Positions 50,708 to 60,776 of a stretch of DNA of 64,000 bases are shown piece by piece (position 1 is the first letter of the stretch; each line of letters opens with the position of its first letter). Position numbers and translations under genes: made by a program. Below the pieces are notes generated by a model that was not told the origin of the DNA, did no database searches, and worked only from the letters and a program-made list of their open reading frames with translations. The DNA comes from Sedimentisphaerales bacterium (GTDB taxonomy: Bacteria; Planctomycetota; Phycisphaerae; Sedimentisphaerales; SM23-30), in NCBI GenBank assembly GCA_963666285.1, contig OY762711.1; one strand, 5' to 3'.

Positions 50708-52312
50708 CTAGGTTCTTGTCAAACCTCTATATAAAAACAGGTTCAATATTGTAACAAGACCAATCCCGGACCACATAAATATCAAACCGCCTGATAGATC
50801 ACTGCTGTTTTCTGCTATATGCTTGCCGGTAAACAAAGTTATCAAACAAAAAGCTGCCGGCACAAAACTTATTCCAAACGCTGTCAGTAAATGCCCGCTC
50901 TTAAAGACAATCCCCAGTGCTGTCCCCATTATCGTTAAAACAATACAGCTTACTCCAAAAGCCAGGCGTGAATGTTTTTCCGCTGCTATTTCAATCAACA
51001 GGCTATTACATTTATCATGCAGTCTCTTGGCATTCTTAACCAGTTTTTCTGAAACAAATTCAGGCAGCACCGGCTTATCGATAAAATCATTTACACTTAT
51101 TTGACTCGATTGCTGAATAACCTGTTTTGGCATGTTAATTTCAGTTATTTGGAAGCTTTCATACAGTATTGGGATATCGCCTGAGTTGGGTCTTACTGCA
51201 TTCACCATATCCAGTACTATCTGCGTAGAAAACTCACCATATTTCAAGTATGCCTTTTCGCAAACATAACTCTTTCTGCGAGTTTGATCTGTTGGATCAT
51301 AATATACAACCTTGATTTCACCGTTAGTAGAAAACAACTCTGCACTGTAAGTACTTTTCTTTTGATTCATTTCCGGCACAATACAGCCCGTCGCCGTTAT
51401 GCTTACGATATAACCATTTTTACACGTAAATGAAATGATTCCTTTCTCTGACAATATTTGATTTGAATAGTCAAACATGCTTTCCAGGGTCAATTGATCT
51501 AGTACTTCTTTATATTCCTGCCTTATCGGGCTGAATGACATCAAATTAGAACTGATTTCTTTTAACTCATCGAGATTCTTGAATTTTATCTTATCTCTGA
51601 ATACTGTTGGTATTGGATATGACGGCTCAGAATCTCCAAACCGACCGAAACACTCATCTACCAGAGCCTTGGCTTCCAACAGTTTCATTCGCATGTAGTT
51701 ATCACCGGTTAACGGGTCTTTTTCAACCTTTAACCTCACACTCTTTGCAGTGAATACTGTCTCAACCTTATCCTTATCTGTTACCAGCAAAGTAACTCCT
51801 CGTAGCAAATTTTCTTCCGGTTGAACATAATCAGCTTGGATCACTAATCCGGGAAACATATTTGAAAGATGACCGTTTTTCTCGATACCGCGAAATATCA
51901 TCGCTTCGGCATCTTCTGATATGATATTCTCAAAGCGAGAAATAAAATATGGTATCGTATGAAATCCCAGTAAAAGACTTGCCAGTCCTATCAAAAGCGC
52001 CAGGGTACCGGCTGGATATATTAATGATACAACACTTATTCCACTACTGCGACAGGCATTAATCTCATTATCAAATGCCAGACGCCCATAAGTCAGGGTG
52101 GTTGCCAGAAGTGCAGCTATTGGCAGCACCATCGTTATTGTTATCGGCATTGTATAAGCGACTAGCTGTGGGACCTTCATTGGGTCGATATTGTAACTTC
52201 GTAATGGTTTCAGCATCATGCCTAAACCCATAACCAGCGACAATACTATCAATGCTAGAAAAAACTTTTTGATCAGGTCAAAAAATATATATCTGTGTAA
52301 TGTAAATACCAT
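50708..52312 (-). CDS. LptF/LptG-family permease
   Basis: TLHRYI, LPIAALLATTLTYGRLAFDNEINACRSSG; 3+3 TM layout around a periplasmic domain; EKHSRLAF. Confidence 0.85.
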   Translation of the reverse strand: MVFTLHRYIFFDLIKKFFLALIVLSLVMGLGMMLKPLRSYNIDPMKVPQLVAYTMPITITMVLPIAALLATTLTYGRLAFDNEINACRSSGISVVSLIYPAGTLALLIGLASLLLGFHTIPYFISRFENIISEDAEAMIFRGIEKNGHLSNMFPGLVIQADYVQPEENLLRGVTLLVTDKDKVETVFTAKSVRLKVEKDPLTGDNYMRMKLLEAKALVDECFGRFGDSEPSYPIPTVFRDKIKFKNLDELKEISSNLMSFSPIRQEYKEVLDQLTLESMFDYSNQILSEKGIISFTCKNGYIVSITATGCIVPEMNQKKSTYSAELFSTNGEIKVVYYDPTDQTRRKSYVCEKAYLKYGEFSTQIVLDMVNAVRPNSGDIPILYESFQITEINMPKQVIQQSSQISVNDFIDKPVLPEFVSEKLVKNAKRLHDKCNSLLIEIAAEKHSRLAFGVSCIVLTIMGTALGIVFKSGHLLTAFGISFVPAAFCLITLFTGKHIAENSSDLSGGLIFMWSGIGLVTILNLFLYRGLTRT

Positions 52313-52587
52313 CTATTATTCTAATTATCCAAATTTCTAATAATTATGTTACACCATTCCTATGGTGTCAACTTCTTTTATTTCAAACATTTAAACTAAA
52401 ATCTCAGCAAATGTCAATCATTATTATTAAGTGACTAATATCTAAAATTAGTATATTCACAGCATTTAATCTTATAATTCCCCCCCAAAACTGTTATTTT
52501 GGCAAAGGACGGTTTTATTAATTTGACGATCAATGGTAAATATACTCTAATTAGATAGAGTTTCCATTGGTCACAATAATTCTTATT

Positions 52588-53373
52588 ATGAGCAGACTGA
52601 ATTATATCCTTAATCATGCCATATTTCATTTTGGCGAATTACTTTACCCGCCAGTATGCGCTTCATGCAATTGCAGGATTGTGAGAACAGATGATACTCT
52701 ATGCCCGAACTGCTGGAATACCCTTAGAAATGCCATCCTATCGCCGGCATGCCCTAATTGTGGCAAATCTACTTCTCAATATGAAATTTTCAATGGAAAA
52801 TGCCATAACTGCCAGGATACCAATTCAAAACTGGATTACCTGGTCAGGGTGGGAAATTATCATGGCGCACTCAAAAACCTTGTCTTATCATTAAAATACC
52901 ATCACCAGAGCAGGCTTGACAAATTCCTGGGTAAACTTGCTGCTGATGCTGCTATGGCTCGTAATGAGACAAGACATATCGATTTTCTGGTGCCTATCCC
53001 CCTGCATTGGCGTAGAAAACTTATTCGGGGATATAATCAAAGTGAAATTATCGCTGTTCAAATTTCTAATTTCCTTAAAAAAGCCGGACTTTATATCCCG
53101 ATTAGAAACGACTTGGTTCGTATAAGAAACACTCCTCCCCAAACAACTCTTCCGGCAGGTCAACGCAAACAAAACCTCAATGGTGCTTTCGCTGTTAGGC
53201 AGGATGCCCCATTCAAAAATAAAAATATCTGTCTGATCGATGATGTTACAACCACCGGCACAACACTTAATACTGCCGCAAAAGTACTAAAAGATTTCGG
53301 TGCTGACTCTGTTTCGGCTATCGTTATAATTGTCCCCGATACTACTACAAACTCTTCTCAGAATACTTTGTAA
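52588..53373 (+). CDS. comF: ComF family protein (double zinc ribbon plus PRTase)
   Basis: CASC, CPNC, CPNC, CHNC; VPIPLH..RGYNQS; LIDDVTTTGTT. Start is ATG 52588 or TTG 52567. Confidence 0.88.
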   Translation: MSRLNYILNHAIFHFGELLYPPVCASCNCRIVRTDDTLCPNCWNTLRNAILSPACPNCGKSTSQYEIFNGKCHNCQDTNSKLDYLVRVGNYHGALKNLVLSLKYHHQSRLDKFLGKLAADAAMARNETRHIDFLVPIPLHWRRKLIRGYNQSEIIAVQISNFLKKAGLYIPIRNDLVRIRNTPPQTTLPAGQRKQNLNGAFAVRQDAPFKNKNICLIDDVTTTGTTLNTAAKVLKDFGADSVSAIVIIVPDTTTNSSQNTL

Positions 53374-53446
53374 TCATTTATTAAAACTGCCCGCACCCTG
53401 CGTTTGAGCAATAGATTGGCCGGAATACTAGGATTATACAAAAACA

Positions 53447-53474
53447 GGCCCATAGCACGTCAGCACTATGGGCC
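53447..53474. terminator. Hairpin between convergent comF and rnfB
   Basis: GGCCCATAG-10 nt-CTATGGGCC. Confidence 0.6.
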
Positions 53475-53518
53475 ATTCCTTTATTCCACATCCTAATGAA
53501 GTCTTCATAGGATTATTT

Positions 53519-54406
53519 TCAAATAGTTACCCCAACTTCTTCTGGCTCTGAAACTGGCTTTACATTTTTACCAACATAAACTAGCAGAGCTCGTGGGCAT
53601 TTTTCAACACCTTTTTCTCGTGACTCTTCATCACCATAACTTTCATAATTAATTACTGGCAGGTTATTTTTCATCACAAACGTATCTGGTGCAAATTTCG
53701 CACATAATCCGCATGCTACACAACCTACCTGGCAGTATTCTTTTACATCTTTTACTCTATCCAGCGTAGAACAGCCGACAACTACCAGCGGATCTGAAAC
53801 CATAGGTACAAGTTCAATCAATTTCCTTGGGCAGGTATCTACGCAGGCTCCACAACCAACACACTTTTCATAATCTACTACTGCTAACCCGTCTTCTACT
53901 CGCAAAGCATCAAACTCACAGGCATTTGCACAATCTCCATAACCTATGCATCCATATGGACATCCAATAGGTCCAGGAATCATCTGTGCCTCAGAGCAGG
54001 TATGTGGCCCATTATAGTTAACCCTTTCAATCTGGTCTTTCCGATGTGCACTGCAATGAATAACAGCTCGAATCGGGGCTTGTGCTTCTGCTTCGATTCC
54101 CAATATAGCAGCTATTTCATGAACCAGGTTTTCGCCTCCAGGGCCACATTTACCGAGCAGACCATGATCATTTACTATCTCTTCTGCATAGGCTCCGCAA
54201 CCTGCTAATCCGCAACCGCCGCAATTGGCGCCGGGCAATATATTCTCTATCGCTTCAACTGTGGGATCTTTTTCAACTTTTAGCTTATTCCAGGCTATTG
54301 TCAAAATTACTACAAATACTAGCCCGATCACCAACAACACAAGACCGGCTTTGACCGATAATGCATAATCTATTGAGGATGCCAAAATGAGTAAATTATT
54401 TATCAT
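53519..54406 (-). CDS. rnfB: RnfB/RsxB electron transport complex subunit B
   Basis: N-terminal TM helix, LPGANCGGCGLAGC, CPYGCIGYGDC, CVGCGACVDTCP, GCVACGLC. Confidence 0.9.
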   Translation of the reverse strand: MINNLLILASSIDYALSVKAGLVLLVIGLVFVVILTIAWNKLKVEKDPTVEAIENILPGANCGGCGLAGCGAYAEEIVNDHGLLGKCGPGGENLVHEIAAILGIEAEAQAPIRAVIHCSAHRKDQIERVNYNGPHTCSEAQMIPGPIGCPYGCIGYGDCANACEFDALRVEDGLAVVDYEKCVGCGACVDTCPRKLIELVPMVSDPLVVVGCSTLDRVKDVKEYCQVGCVACGLCAKFAPDTFVMKNNLPVINYESYGDEESREKGVEKCPRALLVYVGKNVKPVSEPEEVGVTI

Positions 54407-54572
54407 ATTTATTTCTTAATTTCTGCTGGGTTATCAATAACCTTAAAGTTTTATAAATAATAAATTTGTATAATACATACACTCTATTTGAACGTCAAGC
54501 AGAAATTGACGAACCATTTTTTACCAAATTGTTGCTCATTTGCGATTTCTTATGCTATACTTTAAATAGAAC

Positions 54573-54695
54573 TGCGTACTACTATGCTTAATATAATGTA
54601 ACTATGCTTTTAAGCAGTTTGTCTGTTTTGGACATAACTGTTAAGACAAGTCCGCATAGTTGTACGCAATGCCGGAACAGGCGAAATGCTGGCAT
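54573..54695 (+). ncRNA. Candidate structured cis-regulatory 5' leader
   Basis: TGCGTAC-T-ACTATGC (54573-87) pairs with GCATAGT-T-GTACGCA (54654-68); there is an inner hairpin and a second hairpin ATGCCGG/CTGGCAT before the AGGAGG RBS. Confidence 0.45.
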
Positions 54696-54718
54696 AACGC
54701 ATACAGGAGGGTCTCGTA

Positions 54719-54943
54719 ATGTATCACATAACAGACCTGACAAGCTGGGCTCACCATCTGCATTTCCCAGGCCATGATGCTTTGGTATATGCAGAAAATC
54801 TGCTCAAAAGTAAAACATTTTGGGCTTTTGTCACTTTTATGACTATCATTATAGCCCTAAGCATCGTGGCAATATTTGCACCTACGGAAAATACCTTTAG
54901 GGCGTTTTCTCCATACAGCCCATACTACCCATATTATCCATGA
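54719..54943 (+). CDS. Small single-pass membrane protein (74 aa)
   Basis: Strong AGGAGG RBS; His-rich N-terminus, one TM helix, C-terminal SPYSPYYPYYP; its own promoter and terminator. Confidence 0.7.
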   Translation: MYHITDLTSWAHHLHFPGHDALVYAENLLKSKTFWAFVTFMTIIIALSIVAIFAPTENTFRAFSPYSPYYPYYP

Positions 54944-55061
54944 GAAGAAAGGAGTTCTCGGTAGTATCGAGCAGGTGTTTTTACTTGCCGCAAATGTTTT
55001 ACTTCAATCATTATGTATGACGGTATGCCTCCGGCAAACAGTCTCATAAAGACTGTATAAT

Positions 55062-55115
55062 AAAACCATGCAACTTATTAGCTCAAAGAAAGCTGGTACC
55101 TTGCATGGTTTTTTT
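55062..55115 (+). terminator. Terminator after the small ORF
   Basis: AAAACCATGCAA...TTGCATGGTTTTTTT. Confidence 0.65.
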
Positions 55116-55154
55116 ATTGTTTTTAGTTCTGTATATTCTTAAACTTATAGTTCT

Positions 55155-56309
55155 ATGAATACTAAGAAAAAAGTTTGTGTTTTAGGATCTACCGGCTCAA
55201 TTGGTGCAAACAGCATGGCAATTATTGAGCATCTTTCAGAAGAATTTGAAGTTACCGGCGTTAGCGCACACAGTCGCTGGCAAGACTTGGCTCAACAAGC
55301 GAGGCAATTTAACCTCAAAACCGTTGTTGTTACAAATCCGGACTTTGAAAATAATCTCAAAAATGAACTTGCAGATACCAATACGAAAGTCATAGCCGGT
55401 CCTGAAGGGATGGTGGAACTTGCTACCGACCCTGAATGTGACATCGTTATTGCTTCTGTTGTGGGTGCAGCTGGTTTACCGGCTGTTTTAGCTGCTGTCA
55501 ATGCCGGAAAAACTATTGCAGTGGCCAATAAAGAAGCACTGGTAGTAGCTGGCTGCTTGATTATGCCGCTATCTAAAAAAACTGGTGCTACCATTTTGCC
55601 TATTGACAGCGAACACTCGGCTATCCTGCAGTCAATGCACTCTGGCAGCCATGATGAGATCGAAAAAATCATAATTACTGCTTCCGGTGGTCCATTTAGA
55701 ACCTCTTCTCTGGAACAAATTAAAAATGCTACTCTTGAAGATGCCTTAAATCACCCGACATGGAACATGGGGCCTAAAATAACGATTGATTCTGCCACTA
55801 TGATGAATAAGGCATTAGAAGTTATTGAGGCCAAATGGCTCTTTGATATGCCGGCTGATAAAATTGAGGTTCTTGTCCATCCCGAATCTATCATACACTC
55901 TCTTGTGGAATTTTGCGATGGTTCTGTTATCGCTCAACTTTCTCCTCCTGATATGAAACTACCTATACAATATGCACTTACGTACCCAAGGAGACTCCCG
56001 TGTCCTACTAAAAGACTCAATCTTCATGAACTGGGGTCACTTAATTTCGAAGAACCGGATATCAGGAAATTCCCAGCTGTTAGACTTGGGTTCGAGGTTG
56101 CTTCTCGTGGCGGAACATGTGGTGCGGTCTTCAATGCTGCAAACGAAGCCGCTGTTAACCTTTTCCGCAACAGAGAAATCAGTTTTGTGCAAATTTCTAA
56201 TTTAACCGAATCTGCTTTACATAATCATTCCTTTGTCCAGAACCCGGACTTGGAACAGTTACTTGAAACTGACCGCTGGGCCCGCCATTTCGTAAATAAT
56301 AACTATTGA
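55155..56309 (+). CDS. dxr: 1-deoxy-D-xylulose 5-phosphate reductoisomerase
   Basis: LGSTGSIG, ANKEALV, PIDSEHSA, TASGGPF, WNMGPKITIDSATMMNKALE. Confidence 0.97.
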   Translation: MNTKKKVCVLGSTGSIGANSMAIIEHLSEEFEVTGVSAHSRWQDLAQQARQFNLKTVVVTNPDFENNLKNELADTNTKVIAGPEGMVELATDPECDIVIASVVGAAGLPAVLAAVNAGKTIAVANKEALVVAGCLIMPLSKKTGATILPIDSEHSAILQSMHSGSHDEIEKIIITASGGPFRTSSLEQIKNATLEDALNHPTWNMGPKITIDSATMMNKALEVIEAKWLFDMPADKIEVLVHPESIIHSLVEFCDGSVIAQLSPPDMKLPIQYALTYPRRLPCPTKRLNLHELGSLNFEEPDIRKFPAVRLGFEVASRGGTCGAVFNAANEAAVNLFRNREISFVQISNLTESALHNHSFVQNPDLEQLLETDRWARHFVNNNY

Positions 56310-56534
56310 GATTATTTCGGCTTAATTAACATAACTTTTTTTACTTATATGGACCACAATGATCACTTTGTGCAAAATATTTTTCTTTTCATACTTAAAA
56401 TACTGGTCGATATACAATATAATCTGACCTTTTTCGTTGGTTATGCGTAAAATAAGTAACTTATTGTCGGATAACATGTAAAACAGATAAGTATTTGAAT
56501 AATCAATAACACTAAAAGGAAATATAATATTACA

Positions 56535-58727
56535 ATGAGTGAAAACAATAACTCGAATAATACTAGTGCTGAAACAAACAAAAAAAATCCAATATCAAGC
56601 CTGATAAATATCGCCATTCTGGCCGTTGCCATATATTACATTTGGCAAATGCCTATGATTCTTATGGTTATTGTCGGTTTCGGGGCAGTTGTTTTAATCC
56701 ATGAACTCGGTCATTTTATCGCCGCTAAATCTGTCGGTATCAGAGTAGAAGAATTTGCTATTGGAATGGGGGCTGTTCTAGCCGGACTCAGCAAACAGGA
56801 AAAAGGGCTGCAGCTAAGAGTTCTACCTACAATTATTTGTGACAGCAAGAGCAATCCAAAATTGGTATTTACCTTACCTTTTCTGGGCGGCAAAGGCGGT
56901 GAAACAGAATACCAGGTTAGGCTGCTTCCACTTGGCGGTTTCGTAAAAATGCTTGGCCAGGAAGATATGGGTGCTGATCAGGTTTCCGATGACCCAAGAA
57001 GTTTTGGCAATAAAGCTATATGGCAGAGAGCTATTGTTGTCTCTGCCGGGGTCTTTATGAACCTTGTTAGCGGTGCCATAGCGTTTATGGTCGTATTTGC
57101 CAATGGTGTTGAACTTTCTCCGGCTATTGTCGGTGAAACAATACCTGGTTCTCCTGCTGAACAGGCTGGATTAATTCCCGGAGATAAGGTTTTAAAAATA
57201 AATGGTGAAACCGGTTCTTTAATGAATTTTATGGATTTGACTATCGCTAGTGCTTTCACCAGTAAAGACGAGAAAGTTGTATTCAGTATTGAAAGAAAAG
57301 ATGGGACAACTAAAGATATAGAAATTTCGCCGAAAATGAACCAGGAAAAAGGGATGAAAATGCTTGGCATCGCCCCTCCTGAAACTCTGACTATTGATAC
57401 AATTAAAAGTAATACTGATGCCGGTATGAAGGCTATAAATAAATTAGCCAATCTTGGCTTTGAAGCCGGTGACACAATTACTCATGCAAACGGTCAGCCT
57501 ATATCTCTTTATGGCGAACTTAAACAGTTCTTCAAACAAAAACAGGATGGTGTTGCACCGGAACCTGTTACATTTAGTGTAGTTAAAGCTAACAATACTC
57601 CAACAGAAGCGGTAATTAAACCGAAACTTATCGGTTTTGACCCTGAAGCTGGTTTGCCTGACCTGTTCAATCTTTATGGCATGTCTCCTCGTATTTCTGT
57701 AACCTCAGTTCTGAAGGATTCTCCCGCTGAAACAGCTGAAATTAAAGAAGGAGATATTATTATTCGGGCAGGTTCGATCGGTTGGCCTACTGCCGAAGAT
57801 TTACGAGAAACATGTGAAGAATATGCTAACAAGGAAATGCCTGTCACGGTCATTAGAAATGAAAGTGACGGTAGTATCAAAGAAGTTGAGATAAAGGTGA
57901 TACCGAAGCGTAAATTCTCTTTTGTTAATATCCTCAAAATGAAAAGCTCACCGGCTATGATCGGCATTTCTATGGGAACGGATCTATCTGAAACCGTTGT
58001 AGCAAACAGTGTTGAATGGATAGATGAAGAGACCAGTGTAGATTCCAAACTGCCAACCGATACTACCGCTATGCCTAGAGGTGCGAAGATAGTAAAAGTC
58101 AATGGTACCGATATCGCAAGCTGGCAGGATATTTACATTCAAATGCAGCTTGCCAGAAATTCCAAATGCGAAATTGCTTTTATCGCTCCGGGAAGCCAGG
58201 AAATTCAAACTATTGATGTTTTCATCCCGCAGACTAATAAATGGGAAACCGTTACCTGGCAGCCGGATTTTGGTGATTTCCAGCAATTACCGGTTAAAAA
58301 ACTGGAGGAAATGTTCAAAGGCGAATCTATGGCACAAAGCTTTAGCATGGGTATCGATGCTACAAATGGGTTCTTAACCCAGACATATATGACAATTAAA
58401 GGCATGCTTACCGGCAGTGTCAATATGAAGGCTGCCAGCGGACCTATCGGTATTCTTGGCATGAGTTACACTATTGCCTCAACCAAACCGCTTGAATATT
58501 ACGTTTACATGATGGCAATGCTCAGTGTTTGTATCGCTGTTTTCAATTTCCTGCCATTACCAATCCTTGATGGTGGTTTGATGGTGCTTTTAGTCGTTGA
58601 AAAATTCATGGGCAGACCTCTTTCTATGAAAACCCAGGAAATTATCAATTACATTGGACTGGCACTCATTTTGACGCTCTTTATATCTGTCACATATAAC
58701 GATTTACTGAGAGTTTTAGGCGGCTAA
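56535..58727 (+). CDS. rseP: RIP metalloprotease RseP with multiple PDZ domains
   Basis: IHELGHF, PLGGFVKM, AGVFMN, GSPAEQAG and DSPAETAE PDZ motifs, NFLPLPILDGG. Confidence 0.92.
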   Translation: MSENNNSNNTSAETNKKNPISSLINIAILAVAIYYIWQMPMILMVIVGFGAVVLIHELGHFIAAKSVGIRVEEFAIGMGAVLAGLSKQEKGLQLRVLPTIICDSKSNPKLVFTLPFLGGKGGETEYQVRLLPLGGFVKMLGQEDMGADQVSDDPRSFGNKAIWQRAIVVSAGVFMNLVSGAIAFMVVFANGVELSPAIVGETIPGSPAEQAGLIPGDKVLKINGETGSLMNFMDLTIASAFTSKDEKVVFSIERKDGTTKDIEISPKMNQEKGMKMLGIAPPETLTIDTIKSNTDAGMKAINKLANLGFEAGDTITHANGQPISLYGELKQFFKQKQDGVAPEPVTFSVVKANNTPTEAVIKPKLIGFDPEAGLPDLFNLYGMSPRISVTSVLKDSPAETAEIKEGDIIIRAGSIGWPTAEDLRETCEEYANKEMPVTVIRNESDGSIKEVEIKVIPKRKFSFVNILKMKSSPAMIGISMGTDLSETVVANSVEWIDEETSVDSKLPTDTTAMPRGAKIVKVNGTDIASWQDIYIQMQLARNSKCEIAFIAPGSQEIQTIDVFIPQTNKWETVTWQPDFGDFQQLPVKKLEEMFKGESMAQSFSMGIDATNGFLTQTYMTIKGMLTGSVNMKAASGPIGILGMSYTIASTKPLEYYVYMMAMLSVCIAVFNFLPLPILDGGLMVLLVVEKFMGRPLSMKTQEIINYIGLALILTLFISVTYNDLLRVLGG

Positions 58728-58847
58728 TATCCTTTTAACTCCTATATCTGGACTCGCCAAACAACATATTTTATAAGTGACAGCAAAATAGTAAGTTACA
58801 ACTGTACCGCTATTGCATTGCATTCAGCCTTTTGCCTCAATAACCAA

Positions 58848-58876
58848 TTGACACATCTATTGTCTTCTGGTATTAT
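58848..58876 (+). promoter_or_regulatory. sigma70 promoter
   Basis: TTGACA-17 bp-TATTAT upstream of 58982. Confidence 0.6.
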
Positions 58877-58981
58877 ATTCTATTTGAGTATTTTCGTTGC
58901 ATTACGGCACAATGGCAGGCCCAGCTGCTTGTTCAACCAGCCTACCAACCTTATACACACCTGAGATCAGGAAATATTGAA

Positions 58982-60742
58982 ATGACCAGAAAAACTATCC
59001 AATTATTATCTACTTTGTTTACCTGCGTTATACTTGCGGTTTGTATCTCTGGATGCGATAAATCTGAACCGGATAAAGCTGCAGATCAGGCTAAAGATGC
59101 TATCTCAAAAAGTAACAGAATGATCAAAGCTAGCTCGGATAAAGCGGCTTTGAACCAGCAGGAAATGGACAAAATTAAAAATATCCCGGCTGCTGGCAGT
59201 GATGCTGTATTAAATCAACAAAGAAAAAAGATTGCTGAAGACGTTACTAATCGTATTACTAATGCAGTTGGTCTGTTCCCATTTGATGATCTTAACGCTA
59301 AAATGGAAGAACTTAAAAATGCTCCTATAAATTCCGATCAGGACTTTGAAAACGTCTGTAACGGCATGATTGGCGTTACCAACCAGATTATCGAATATTC
59401 AAACTCTTACACTAAAGCTCTTAATGAAATCAGCGGCAATAAACTCGACGCCGCCCTCGCTGAATTGAGTAAAGCGAACAACTCTATCAACAAAAGTCCT
59501 ACCGAACAAGGCAGAAGAAACAGCTTAAAGAACGCATCTAACCTGGCACTTACATCGATATATCTTACTAAAGCTAGAGATATCAAGGCCAGACTGGCCC
59601 TCAGCGATACTGACATACACCCTCTGCTATTAAAAACAAACACCCTCATTCATGAAGTTAGAAAATGTAATGTGGATGTTACCGCTGCTAAATCTTCCAA
59701 GCCTGATAAAGCCATTGATGGATTGAAAGAGCAGCTTACCGCTGCAAAACAACAGTTGAGCGGACTGACTGATAAAATCTCCAAAAGCCAGTCTGAATAC
59801 CAGTCAATGGAAGCTGAATATAATCAATATATGAAAAAGGCTAAAGAGTTTAGAGATAAATATCTAGAAATTCGTAACCAGGCTGACAACGCTGAAGGTA
59901 GTGAAAAATATAAACTCCAAATGGAAGCTACCGTGCAGCGTGTTGGATCTGATAATATGAAAAACTGGGCCATGGACTGGATCAAACAGGGAAAAGACTC
60001 TGAAATGGAATCTTTCATTAACAGTAGTGCTGAAATAACCGGCGGAATTCATTACGAAACAAAGGCCGAACTCGTCAAACTCAAGATGGACAGCCTCAAA
60101 ACTCAAATTGACTATTTCACTTCACTGGGAAACAATACTGATAATAGAATAATTCAGCTGGAAAATGTTATCAATAAGCTCGAAACTTCTCCTGAAACCA
60201 CTACTGAAATAGCCTCCAGGATTTCTGATGCTGAAACCAGAAAGCAATCTATTATTACTAACATAAATACCGCAATTGAAGAACTCAAGACATTCGAAGC
60301 TTCACACGCTGCCGCGGTACAGGAAGCTATTGAACTTTATGAAAATGCTAAATCAAGCCTGGAACAATACACTGGAATGGCGCGAAGCTTTGGCGAATTC
60401 GATCCTAAGGAAATTGACAACATTCTTCTAAGAGAAATCCAAAAGCTTTGGGAGCTTGATGTTGACTTCTATAATTCTTCCATTGGAATACTTGACAGCA
60501 TCAAAACCCTGCCTGAAATGTCTGACGCTGTTGTTACTATCAGCGACAGTTTCACCCAGAAAGCTTCAGCCTCTCAAAAGGCCTCTGAAGACTTACTTCA
60601 GATACAGGTTGATAATGTAAACGCTGATATGCCTGACGCTATGGAAACTGAAGACACCATAGAAACAGAAGATACAATGGACTTAAACGAAGAAACTACC
60701 GATCCTCAGCCGGAAGATACTACAGCTGACGACAATATGTAA
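58982..60742 (+). CDS. Coiled-coil lipoprotein of unknown function with acidic tail
   Basis: Lipobox ISGC; long heptad-rich helices; Asp/Glu/Thr-rich C-terminus. Confidence 0.7.
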   Translation: MTRKTIQLLSTLFTCVILAVCISGCDKSEPDKAADQAKDAISKSNRMIKASSDKAALNQQEMDKIKNIPAAGSDAVLNQQRKKIAEDVTNRITNAVGLFPFDDLNAKMEELKNAPINSDQDFENVCNGMIGVTNQIIEYSNSYTKALNEISGNKLDAALAELSKANNSINKSPTEQGRRNSLKNASNLALTSIYLTKARDIKARLALSDTDIHPLLLKTNTLIHEVRKCNVDVTAAKSSKPDKAIDGLKEQLTAAKQQLSGLTDKISKSQSEYQSMEAEYNQYMKKAKEFRDKYLEIRNQADNAEGSEKYKLQMEATVQRVGSDNMKNWAMDWIKQGKDSEMESFINSSAEITGGIHYETKAELVKLKMDSLKTQIDYFTSLGNNTDNRIIQLENVINKLETSPETTTEIASRISDAETRKQSIITNINTAIEELKTFEASHAAAVQEAIELYENAKSSLEQYTGMARSFGEFDPKEIDNILLREIQKLWELDVDFYNSSIGILDSIKTLPEMSDAVVTISDSFTQKASASQKASEDLLQIQVDNVNADMPDAMETEDTIETEDTMDLNEETTDPQPEDTTADDNM

Positions 60743-60776
60743 CTTTCTATTTTGGCGATAGCTCCAGGTTGAAATT

